From contig JAYODI010000030.1 of assembly GCA_038279365.1 (NCBI GenBank), forward strand, positions 32,164 through 57,332: a stretch of 25,169 nucleotides of DNA. Direction: 5' to 3'. The notes beneath the pieces are model-generated. The model had not been told where the DNA came from. It worked only from the letters and a program-made list of their open reading frames with translations, and did not search any database. Of this stretch, positions 1 to 8,070 are shown in pieces. How positions within the stretch are numbered: the first letter of the stretch is position 1; every line of letters begins with the position of its first letter. The translations under genes were made by a program, and so were the position numbers. The DNA comes from Candidatus Latescibacterota bacterium. GTDB lineage: Bacteria > Latescibacterota > UBA2968.

Positions 1-455
1 TCGGCAAGTTGGTTTCGAAACAAACGCTGACGAATCGTTTCGCCTACCTGTGCTAAGGCATATGGATTATCTGAGGTAATACGACTGAATCCCGATTCTG
101 GAATCTTCACCAATTCTGCACGACTGGTGGTGTGCGCATAAATGCTCGCCGTGCGATTTTGCCCCGTAAAAACACCCATCTCACCAACCAACTGACCCGG
201 TTTGTTCTCCCCAACAAACATCTCAGTGCCATCATCCATTGCAATAGCAACCTGCAACACACCCTCAATCACCAAGTATGTCGAATCGCTGTGATCGCCT
301 TGTTTAAAGAGCCTTTCTCCAGGTTCTAAACTGACCAAAGTCAAGTCTTTCGACAAATCTTGTAGAACAACCTCGTCAAGGTCTTTAAACAGATACGTCT
401 CTCGAATATGCGCGAGCAACTCCGTTCTCGACGGTTGTTCTTTCGCTTCTAACAT
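1..455 (-). CDS. Cyclic-nucleotide-binding (cNMP/CAP effector) domain protein, 5' part only; runs off the window edge
   Basis: Absent from the ORF track because it has no stop in the window. Manual translation from ATG 455 (GGGGA upstream) gives MLEAKEQPSRTELLAHIRETYLFKDLDEVVLQDL...LEPGERLFKQGDHSDSTYLVIEGVLQV...PGQLVGEMGVFTGQNRTASIYA...IRQRLFRNQLA. The LFxQGD, YxVxxG, GE and RTA elements are CNB hallmarks. Confidence 0.9.
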   Translation of the reverse strand, partial: MLEAKEQPSRTELLAHIRETYLFKDLDEVVLQDLSKDLTLVSLEPGERLFKQGDHSDSTYLVIEGVLQVAIAMDDGTEMFVGENKPGQLVGEMGVFTGQNRTASIYAHTTSRAELVKIPESGFSRITSDNPYALAQVGETIRQRLFRNQLA

Positions 456-484
456 ACGTATTTCCCCAAAATATGTTGGTTTTC

Positions 485-1354
485 TCAGCTGTGCGTCACG
501 GGGTTCTCAATTTCAACAAGTTTCAAATAGTCAATGCGATGTCCCCCAGACGTTGTCTCCCCTGAAGTTGTAATCGTAATGACATGATTGCCATTTGAAA
601 TATCGTTGAGTGATACGACAACGTGCTTAAACTTACCCTTGCCCACACCACTGATGGGTGCCAGTAATTCCTCATCAACAAACACTTGGTCTTTTTCGCC
701 CCCCCACCGGTCATAGATAAAAACCAACTCACCATTTGAGTAATCGCGATCAAGAGTAAAGTGTATATTGAGCTTCTCCGTTGCACCCTTAGACTTTCGC
801 CCACCCTGCACCGTAATCAGATGAGGGATGCTTGGGCTGTCAATTGCATCAATATCCGCCCCTACATGATAGTTGAAAACAGCTGTCCATTTCTCACCAA
901 AATCGCTTCGCCCCGATCGACCAATCTGCCATAGTGTTTGTTTAGAAACTTCTTCGTCTTCCTCTATAAAGATGGCCTTGGTTTCAAGATCCGTCTCTAG
1001 GGTACTTAATGGGACAATTTCTTTATTATAATTTTCAATCTCTTCTTCTCGATGTGCCGCATTACCCACAGCACCATGTTCTCGAATCTCTTGCTGGGTT
1101 TGAGAAATCGTCTTGATGACAGAAGCAAAAACGGTTATGGGGAGTTTAGACATCTCAAAAAACGGCACAATTGCAAGTCGAGACACGTTGCCAAATGACG
1201 ACGGTTGCCCGCCATCCGTTTCCTCGGAGTCTTCCACAGGGTCGGGGCTTTCCGCTTTTTGTTGAATCTCATGCATGGTTTTGGCAATTGTTTCCATGCT
1301 AGAGACCATAACGTTCATAGAAAACTTCATCATCTGTTCGAGAAAAATCCCCAT
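485..1354 (-). CDS. Hypothetical protein: duplicated amphipathic N-terminal helix plus C-terminal beta-sandwich (CBM/galactose-binding-like) domain
   Basis: 289-aa ORF with AAGGGAG RBS. The C-terminal LWQIG...YHVG...LNIHFTL...HVITIT...IDYLKL pattern resembles the CBM-like domain III of PL4 lyases (recognised by eye). No signal peptide seen. Confidence 0.7.
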   Translation of the reverse strand: MGIFLEQMMKFSMNVMVSSMETIAKTMHEIQQKAESPDPVEDSEETDGGQPSSFGNVSRLAIVPFFEMSKLPITVFASVIKTISQTQQEIREHGAVGNAAHREEEIENYNKEIVPLSTLETDLETKAIFIEEDEEVSKQTLWQIGRSGRSDFGEKWTAVFNYHVGADIDAIDSPSIPHLITVQGGRKSKGATEKLNIHFTLDRDYSNGELVFIYDRWGGEKDQVFVDEELLAPISGVGKGKFKHVVVSLNDISNGNHVITITTSGETTSGGHRIDYLKLVEIENPVTHS

Positions 1355-1435
1355 ATCTGGTTCAGTCTCCCTTCTATATCAGAATTACTCTGAAAAACGT
1401 TGGAAATGCGCCGTCATCGAAGGCGTGAGGAGCAA

Positions 1436-1462
1436 GCGCTTCGGAGGAAATCTCCGAAGCGC
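1436..1462. terminator. Intrinsic terminator-like hairpin
   Basis: Perfect 11-bp stem GCGCTTCGGAG-gaaat-CTCCGAAGCGC, 23 nt past the stop of the 684-aa gene. It is followed by CTTTTAT on + and only TT on -, so orientation is ambiguous. Confidence 0.7.
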
Positions 1463-1485
1463 CTTTTATATTAAACCAGAATGTG

Positions 1486-3540
1486 TTATTTCAGCAGCAG
1501 CATCTGACGCGTTTGAGATACATTGCCACTCGACAACCGGTAGACATAGAGTCCACTGGCGACACCGCGGCCAGTTGCATCTTTACCATCCCAAAAGATC
1601 CGATACTGTCCGGCACTCTGAAATTTGTTGACAAGCACGCGCACTTCCTGGCCCAGATTGTTGAAGATGGCCAGTCGAATTTCGCTGCCTTTATTCAACT
1701 CATACACAATCTGCGTGGCTGGGTTGAACGGGTTGGGTGAATTCCCTATCAGAGAGAATATGCCCAGATTTTCTAGGTCAATCTGATTCGTTACATCTGC
1801 TTTGCCACCTATAGGCAGCAGCACGGTAACTTCACGCCCACCGTTGATCGGCACACTGCCCCAAGTTGAAACCACGACACCCGATGCGTTGGTTGCCTTG
1901 ATGTTATAATAGCCTGACGCACCTGAACGCCCGGATTGACTGGCTCCAATTTTGACGTTCACATGGCCGTTGGCATCGGTTGTGCCTGTCCATTTGTAAT
2001 CTAAAGGTAATCCTGCAATCGACCGCGCGAAGGCCACTTCCAGACCCGCAGCGGGTTCACCGTTTTGAGTGACTGTCGCAACCACATGCGTTTGGCGATC
2101 CAGAATGTGAGGTGGGGGTTGGAATGTGGGCACCGTTTGCTGAACGGGAACACGCCGCAACTGATAAGACAAAGAGATAATGGGCTGCCCCTGTGCATTG
2201 GGATCGAGTGGATTCACATCGGGGGGATACAGCGTTGGGAACAATTGCCCGATCATGACGTCCGGGTTGTTGGGGTCGATTTCACCCACCAGGCGGATCT
2301 TGAAAGCGCCAGCATACCCGTTGGGCGCTTCCGGGTGACCCAGGATAAACAGGAACGTGGTTTCGGCGCCGTTGGGTCCTGTCGAAAACCAGTCGCCATG
2401 GGCGGTGTGGTGCAAGCTGGTGGCAATTGCATCGTTGGCGATCATATTGCCATCGGCGTGGAACGTGGGCGTCATGTACACTTCAGGAAAGGGCGACTGT
2501 GTCGGATCATCCGGCACGGCGCGTCCTACCCAGGTGCCCACTGCAGGATGGTTGCTCAAATTGCGGGACCCCGCGGGACCCACCCGGTGGCGCTGGAGCG
2601 ACTGAAGGGTGTAGGTGCCACCAGATGTGCCGCCCACATCGTTTGGATCGAGCGGGTCTGCCGTTGGCGGAAAATGCACGAGCGTAAACGATCCTGTCAT
2701 GTTATTGTCATCGGTCAGCTGTCCGGTGAATCTTACTTTGGTTGAACCGGTAAAACCCGAGTTGCCTTCCTCCGTCATGCTGAGCCAGATGAACGTGCTT
2801 TTGATCGTGCCATTTTCTACGGTCCATTGTCCATGACTGGCAGAGAGCTTCGCGCGCTCTTCCTGGGAAGAGTCAAAGATCACATTGCCATCATCGAGAA
2901 ATGTGGGTTCGATGAACAGTTCGGCAAAGGCTGCCGTTTCAGGATTTTCCGGGGTTGCGCGTCCAAACCACATGCCCATGGCGGGTTCGTTGCTCAGGTC
3001 GATGCCTGTGACCGTTGACTGAGCGGGATCGACTTTGATGCGTTTCATTTGCTCAATGGTAAACACGCCCAGCGGAATGCCGTCGGCGTCATCGGCGACA
3101 AGCGCATCGGTGCCTTCTGGAAAGACCACTGGATAGATTTTGCCCGTCATTTCATCCGGGTTGTCAGGGCTCATGCGCCCGAACAGACGCACTTTGGTCA
3201 TTCCCGTAAATCCGTTGGCTTTTTCGGCTGAGAGATTGAGCCAGATAAATGTGGCATGAATGGTATTGGGACCCGTTGCAACCCAGTGTCCATGGGCCGT
3301 GCCGTGGGCATTGGTCCACTCAATTGCATCGTTGGCAATCACTGTACCATCAGCCAAGAATGTAGGCATCATGACAACCTTGCCAAACGGCGAGGTTGAT
3401 GGATCATCTGGCACTGCATGCCCATACCAAGACCCAACTTCCAGGCGGTTTCGCAGCGACTGCTGGGCTTCGCTATTGGCACTGAAACAAATGAGCAGAC
3501 CAAGCAGCATGCTTGCTAGAAAAGCCGTTCTTTTTATCAT
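1486..3540 (-). CDS. Secreted protein with three tandem ~140-aa beta-rich repeats and a C-terminal FlgD Ig-like/T9SS-type sorting domain
   Basis: GAGGAG RBS and Sec signal peptide (MIKRTAFLASMLLGLLICFSANSEA). Three repeats follow. The C-terminus NSPNPFNPATQIVYEL...IFNNLGQEVRVLV...WDGKDATGRGVASGLYVYRL...RQMLLLK is the typical FlgD-like CTD of FCB-superphylum secreted proteins. Confidence 0.85.
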   Translation of the reverse strand: MIKRTAFLASMLLGLLICFSANSEAQQSLRNRLEVGSWYGHAVPDDPSTSPFGKVVMMPTFLADGTVIANDAIEWTNAHGTAHGHWVATGPNTIHATFIWLNLSAEKANGFTGMTKVRLFGRMSPDNPDEMTGKIYPVVFPEGTDALVADDADGIPLGVFTIEQMKRIKVDPAQSTVTGIDLSNEPAMGMWFGRATPENPETAAFAELFIEPTFLDDGNVIFDSSQEERAKLSASHGQWTVENGTIKSTFIWLSMTEEGNSGFTGSTKVRFTGQLTDDNNMTGSFTLVHFPPTADPLDPNDVGGTSGGTYTLQSLQRHRVGPAGSRNLSNHPAVGTWVGRAVPDDPTQSPFPEVYMTPTFHADGNMIANDAIATSLHHTAHGDWFSTGPNGAETTFLFILGHPEAPNGYAGAFKIRLVGEIDPNNPDVMIGQLFPTLYPPDVNPLDPNAQGQPIISLSYQLRRVPVQQTVPTFQPPPHILDRQTHVVATVTQNGEPAAGLEVAFARSIAGLPLDYKWTGTTDANGHVNVKIGASQSGRSGASGYYNIKATNASGVVVSTWGSVPINGGREVTVLLPIGGKADVTNQIDLENLGIFSLIGNSPNPFNPATQIVYELNKGSEIRLAIFNNLGQEVRVLVNKFQSAGQYRIFWDGKDATGRGVASGLYVYRLSSGNVSQTRQMLLLK
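2143..3456 (-). repeat. Three intragenic domain repeats (about aa 29-170, 182-320, 328-466)
   Basis: Aligned motifs: VGSWYGHAVP/MGMWFGRATP/VGTWVGRAVP; PTFLADG/PTFLDDG/PTFHADG; AHGHW/SHGQW/AHGDW; GFTGMTKVRL/GFTGSTKVRF/GYAGAFKIRL. Confidence 0.9.
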
Positions 3541-3627
3541 TTCTTCTCTCCTCGGGAACAGGTGGAAAACAGCAAGAACAAGAATAACTGAGCGATTCCA
3601 TATTCAGAGGTTTTCGAATCGACGCAG

Positions 3628-4950
3628 TTAGAATGTGAAATAGAATCCCATGGTGCCGCTTGTAATCTTGTTTGAGGTCTTCATGGTTCCGGGTGTGGTC
3701 GGTGGATTCGGCCCCAACTGGTCGATGAGATAGGGACCTGAGACGCTTTCTCTCGGCACAATATAACCCGATGCTTGTAGTGTGAGGAATGGGAACACTT
3801 TGATGCCCATGCCGCCCGTAAAGTGATTCTGGAACGTTGCCGGGGCACCCGTGGCCGTCAGCACGTTTTTGGATTGAAGTGGCATTTGCGTGAAGGCGTA
3901 ACCCGCGCGCACGTCCACTTTTTCTGTGGCCTGATAGCGAACCCCCGCCTTTACAGAGAAGACGTTGCGCCAACCGAACGGCTGCACGATGCCATTGACG
4001 ATGCCACCCGGGCTGCCGAACCCTTCGACGCCTTTGTATTTGGTCCAGGTTCCGTCGATGGCAATCTGGGTTTTTTCGTTGGGTTTGATGCCGGTGCCAA
4101 CCGTCACCATGAGCGGGCCATCAAGATCGTATTCGAGGTCGAGATGATCGCCAAATGAGGGATCTGTGGGATCCCGATGGTAGGAATTCCACTCGAAAGG
4201 CGAATAGTTCTGAGGCAACAGGAGCGATGCGCCAAAACTGAGCATGTCGTTTGGCTTGTAGAATACGCCCACCTGGCCGCTGATCGCAAATCGACCGTTC
4301 TGATTGCCTCCCTGTGGGAAGAATCTCGTGCCATCTGGTGCAACAGGCGAGTTTGTGTTTGGTGCAACGTCGTCGAAAACCTCGTAGGGCAGCGGCGCGA
4401 TGGCCAAATTGGCGCGATACACGTTCAGAGACGCCCCGATTGTCAGTTTCGGTGAGGCCTGATACGAGAAACCAATGGGAATTTTGGCGACGATATAATC
4501 TGTGAAAATACGGCCAAATCCGCCTTCTGCTGCTTTGTCGAAGATGATGGTTCCCGGCTGATGCGCGTAATCGGTTTGAAAGCCGGCAACGCCGATCAGG
4601 CCGAAACCGATGCCCAATTTCTGGTCTGGATGGCGGAACATCCAGCCAAAGGCGGGAACGATGCCGAGCGCCGGCGTGCTTTTGGCGTTGCCTGTCCGAC
4701 CGAAGGCATTGACGTCGATATGAATCGCGGTTGTAAAGAATTCATTCGAAAACGTGATCTGGTTTCCCGGTTCGGCGCCAAGAAGGGCCGGGTTGTACAT
4801 CAATGCGGCAACGGGATCTTCGGGCAACCCCGTTCCCGCGCCGCCCATCGAGCTGTTTATGGGGCCAACGCCGTGCAGCATGTGTCCCTGTGCCCAGGCT
4901 GAGCCGGACAACAGGAATCCGCAGAAACAAAGGATAAGAAACCGTTTCAT
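3628..4950 (-). CDS. FadL/OmpP1/TodX-family outer-membrane channel for hydrophobic compounds
   Basis: 440 aa with GAGGAG RBS and a signal peptide ending AWA. SMGGAG and NPA hatch motifs lie near the N-terminus, followed by alternating beta-strand patterns and a C-terminal GFYFTF. Confidence 0.88.
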   Translation of the reverse strand: MKRFLILCFCGFLLSGSAWAQGHMLHGVGPINSSMGGAGTGLPEDPVAALMYNPALLGAEPGNQITFSNEFFTTAIHIDVNAFGRTGNAKSTPALGIVPAFGWMFRHPDQKLGIGFGLIGVAGFQTDYAHQPGTIIFDKAAEGGFGRIFTDYIVAKIPIGFSYQASPKLTIGASLNVYRANLAIAPLPYEVFDDVAPNTNSPVAPDGTRFFPQGGNQNGRFAISGQVGVFYKPNDMLSFGASLLLPQNYSPFEWNSYHRDPTDPSFGDHLDLEYDLDGPLMVTVGTGIKPNEKTQIAIDGTWTKYKGVEGFGSPGGIVNGIVQPFGWRNVFSVKAGVRYQATEKVDVRAGYAFTQMPLQSKNVLTATGAPATFQNHFTGGMGIKVFPFLTLQASGYIVPRESVSGPYLIDQLGPNPPTTPGTMKTSNKITSGTMGFYFTF

Positions 4951-4991
4951 GTATGATTTTCTCCTCAGATAGTGAATGCTTATGACATCCG

Positions 4992-5151
4992 GATCAGGGT
5001 GACGCTGATCGATCCACCCTGAGAGGCAATTATTGTTCGCTCTGAAACCCGGCGCTTCGCGCGGGGACCAAAAGGCTCACGATAGACGACGGCGCTCCGC
5101 ACCTGTCTAACCGGCTTCGCCGGGAGTCGTTTATTGGATAGACTCAGACAG
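4992..5151 (-). promoter_or_regulatory. Structured intergenic leader upstream of the FadL-family gene
   Basis: Several short stems: 5103-5108/5146-5151, 5124-5128/5141-5145, 5111-5115/5119-5123 and 4994-5001/5015-5022, plus mutually exclusive alternatives. No known family recognised. Confidence 0.4.
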
Positions 5152-5207
5152 TTTCGCGCATGCAGTTTCTAATAGAATCCCTCCTCTATGGTGTTATCGT
5201 CTCGATA

Positions 5208-6644
5208 TCATGCCGACGATACGCTGTCCTGATGGGGTGGTAGATGGACCGTTTGGAGCGAACATAAGGCCTCCAAGCCCCACCGACCATTTTGATAGCC
5301 AATGCCCGACCATTTTACGCCGCCGACCGGTGCATCGGGGTGAAATGTATTGTGCTGATTCACCCAGGCGGTTCCACATTCCAGCTGTGAGGCCCATTCG
5401 GCACCGCGTTTGATATCCTGGGTCCAGATCGACCCGCTCAGGCCATAGTGGGTTGCATTGGCACGCGCAATGGCGTCTTCTACATTGTCAAACGGTAAGA
5501 TCGGAAGCGCTGGGCCAAATTGTTCTTCGGCGACAAGCGGCGCGTCGTCGGTTATATCTGTTACGAGCGTGGGCGGATAGAAGAAGCCGGGACCTGCGAT
5601 TGGTGAACCACCGGTTGCTATTTTTGCACCTCGACTTCTGGCATCATCCACCAGGCTGATTACGCGCTCAAATTGCGGGCGGTTGTTGATGGGGCCTAAC
5701 TGGATGCCGCCCTCCATGCCGTTGCCGACTTTTACCGATTGCGCAAATGCTGAGAGTTCGGTTACCAGGTCCTCGTGGATCGATTCATGGACATACAATC
5801 GCTTGATGGCCTGACACACCTGGCCGCTGTTTTCAAATGCACCCCAGAACAGCGACTCGGCAATCGCTTTGACGTCTACATCCGGCAGCACAATGGCCGC
5901 ATCGTTTCCGCCCAGTTCCAGGACCAGGCGCTTCAGATCGCTTGCAGAGGCTGCTGCGACCGCTTTGCCGGTTGCGATAGAACCTGTCAGTGAGATTTTT
6001 CGGATATCTGGATGCGTGACAATTTGGGCACCGAGTTCGTCGCCGCCGGAAACCACATTCAACACACCTGGCGGCAGCACCTCTTGCAGGATCTCGCCGA
6101 GTTTCAATGTTGAGAGAGGCGTATAGGGCGACGGTTTGAGCACGATCGTATTGCCGGCAAGCAGCGCTGGCGCGATTTTCCAGACGGCCAGTATGAGCGG
6201 ATAGTTCCAGGGCGTGATGGCTCCAATGACGCCCAGCGGTTTGCGACGCACTTCAACTTTGCCATGATCGTCGTCCTGGATCACATCCACAGGCGTCTTC
6301 ATGCCAGCCGTTTGCTGGAACCAGTGCACGACACCGCTGACCTCGTGGAGCGCATTGCGGCGCGGTTTGCCCTGTTCACGCGTCAGTAACTCTGCCAGAT
6401 CTCGCATCTGAGATTTCACGGCGCGCGCACATCCGATCAGTGCTTTTTTGCGTTTGGCCTGGTTTTTCTGCCAATCTCCGAAAGCCTGATGTGCTGCCCC
6501 TATCGCCATTTCGAGCTGTTCGGAAGAACACTCAGGACACGCGGCAACGGTGGTTTCCGTGGCCGGGTTGATGACGTCAAATGTGCGATCAGAACGGATT
6601 ATCTGACCGTTTATGACCATTCCAAATGCATCCACGTTGCACAT
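5208..6644 (-). CDS. NAD(P)-dependent aldehyde dehydrogenase
   Basis: All ALDH motifs are intact: ITPWNYP, KPSPYTP, TGSIATG, LELGG (catalytic Glu), SGQVCQA (catalytic Cys) and EEQFGP. Confidence 0.96.
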   Translation of the reverse strand: MCNVDAFGMVINGQIIRSDRTFDVINPATETTVAACPECSSEQLEMAIGAAHQAFGDWQKNQAKRKKALIGCARAVKSQMRDLAELLTREQGKPRRNALHEVSGVVHWFQQTAGMKTPVDVIQDDDHGKVEVRRKPLGVIGAITPWNYPLILAVWKIAPALLAGNTIVLKPSPYTPLSTLKLGEILQEVLPPGVLNVVSGGDELGAQIVTHPDIRKISLTGSIATGKAVAAASASDLKRLVLELGGNDAAIVLPDVDVKAIAESLFWGAFENSGQVCQAIKRLYVHESIHEDLVTELSAFAQSVKVGNGMEGGIQLGPINNRPQFERVISLVDDARSRGAKIATGGSPIAGPGFFYPPTLVTDITDDAPLVAEEQFGPALPILPFDNVEDAIARANATHYGLSGSIWTQDIKRGAEWASQLECGTAWVNQHNTFHPDAPVGGVKWSGIGYQNGRWGLEALCSLQTVHLPPHQDSVSSA

Positions 6645-6659
6645 CCCCGGTTTTAAGAT

Positions 6660-7325
6660 CTAACCCACGATCTCTTGCCATTTTGCCTTGGCGCCCGATA
6701 GAAATGGAGAACCATGCGATACAAAAATGGCATCAAAATCGTAATCCAGCAGTTTGCGAGACGATTTGGCGGCTTCCTCTTTGTTTTCCATCGCAAAACC
6801 CGGCATGGGACTCAAACCTTTGGGCAACATGCCAACAGCGCTGAACAATTTCATCGGAAGTGCGAAATCCCCCTTCTGGTAATTGAAAATCGCATCTCCC
6901 GCAATCAGCGCACCGTCGCCACCGGGATGCAGCAATATCGTTTCTCCCAGCGACATGCCGGGCATTTCTATTGCCTTCAAACCACCCGACAGAGTCTCGC
7001 CATCATCAAAGAACGTATCGACACTCGTTTCGATTTTGGACATCAGTTTGCGATTGGCCTGGACCGGAATCTGATATCGGTCGCGATAATAATCGGTATG
7101 CCGCACGTGGTTGCCACAGGTAATGATGATGTGCGTGGGGGCACCCAGATTTTCGAGCGTTTTGAGATCTGATTCGGGTAAGCGGCATGGATCGACCAGA
7201 ATGAGGGCGTCTTCTGTTTTGACCACATGCATGGCGGCCTGCATGCTCATCGGGCCTCCCATGGGGACTTTGCCAACGGCTCTGTAGATGCCCGGAAGGC
7301 GTTCGGTAAGCGCTTCTGGTTTCAT
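6660..7325 (-). CDS. Metallo-beta-lactamase-fold protein, degenerate metal site (paralog 2)
   Basis: Start re-called to ATG 7325 (MKPEALTE...), which has a GGGAG RBS and removes the overlap with the upstream gene. Motifs: LILVDP, HIIITCGNHVRH, LIAGDA, FDAIFVSHG. Confidence 0.8.
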   Translation of the reverse strand: MKPEALTERLPGIYRAVGKVPMGGPMSMQAAMHVVKTEDALILVDPCRLPESDLKTLENLGAPTHIIITCGNHVRHTDYYRDRYQIPVQANRKLMSKIETSVDTFFDDGETLSGGLKAIEMPGMSLGETILLHPGGDGALIAGDAIFNYQKGDFALPMKLFSAVGMLPKGLSPMPGFAMENKEEAAKSSRKLLDYDFDAIFVSHGSPFLSGAKAKWQEIVG

Positions 7326-7392
7326 TTTATATATCTCCCATTGAGAATGTTGGGGACTCTTGCGGGATGTTTTCTGCCTTGAAGAAGGCCTG

Positions 7393-8049
7393 TCATAGCG
7401 ATTGAACGAGCTTGCGTACCTGCTCTTTTGCGCCAGATAAAATGGGGGCGCCATGGGATACGATGAGCGCATCAAAATCGTGGTCCAGGATTTTGCGGTA
7501 GGAATCAAAACCCCGTTTCCGAATGAACGCGCGCGGCATGGTGTTGAGCTCGGCGCGAAACCCGACCAGCTTCATGCCGGGAACAATGAAGTCTTCGGGT
7601 TGCAGGTTGAAAAAGGCATCACCAACGATGAGAACATTTCGGTCGCCCAGGTTATAGAGCAATGCCGTTTCGCCTCGAAAGGTGCCGAGCATGTCGATGG
7701 TTTGAAAGAGGCCGAGGAGCGTGTCTCCGGGTTGGAAGAAGAGATCTACGCCGACTTCGATTTTGGACATCAAATCGCGGTGGGCACAAATCTGTGCGCC
7801 ATACTGCTTGCGATAGAATGCGGCATCTCGGACGTGATTGGTACCACAAATGACCACATGCGTGGGCGTGCCGAGGGCCTCCATTTCTGCCAGGTTGGCC
7901 TGATAGAATGGATCGATTAAGATCACTGCGTCATCTGTTTTGATCAGATGCATGCTGCCCGGCACGCGGAAAGGGCCAAAAAACGGCACTCTTCCCTCGG
8001 CGCGATAGATGCCCGGCAGGCATTCCGACCATGTTTTTTCGTTGTCCAA
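7393..8049 (-). CDS. Metallo-beta-lactamase-fold protein, degenerate metal site (paralog 1)
   Basis: 218 aa with a TTG start (uncertain). Motifs VILIDP, HVVICGTNHVRD, LIVGDA and FDALIVSHG. Colinear with the downstream paralog (LPGIYRA, KTxDA, LMSKIE, LSGAK). Confidence 0.8.
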   Translation of the reverse strand: MDNEKTWSECLPGIYRAEGRVPFFGPFRVPGSMHLIKTDDAVILIDPFYQANLAEMEALGTPTHVVICGTNHVRDAAFYRKQYGAQICAHRDLMSKIEVGVDLFFQPGDTLLGLFQTIDMLGTFRGETALLYNLGDRNVLIVGDAFFNLQPEDFIVPGMKLVGFRAELNTMPRAFIRKRGFDSYRKILDHDFDALIVSHGAPILSGAKEQVRKLVQSL

Positions 8050-8070
8050 GCGATTCTTTCTGTGTGGTGG

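Noticed and set aside
5144-5161. Mini-ORF MRETV* as an attenuator leader peptide
   Set aside because: The nearest SD-like GAGGAGG is about 18 nt away, and there is no run of regulatory codons.
4951-5207. Known riboswitch (cobalamin, c-di-GMP, TPP, SAM) upstream of the outer-membrane transporter
   Set aside because: I could not find the consensus elements of these families. The region is kept only as an unassigned structured leader.
7326-7508. 61-aa N-terminal extension of the 282-aa ORF
   Set aside because: It overlaps the upstream paralog out of frame. Paralog alignment and a GGGAG RBS support the ATG at 7325.
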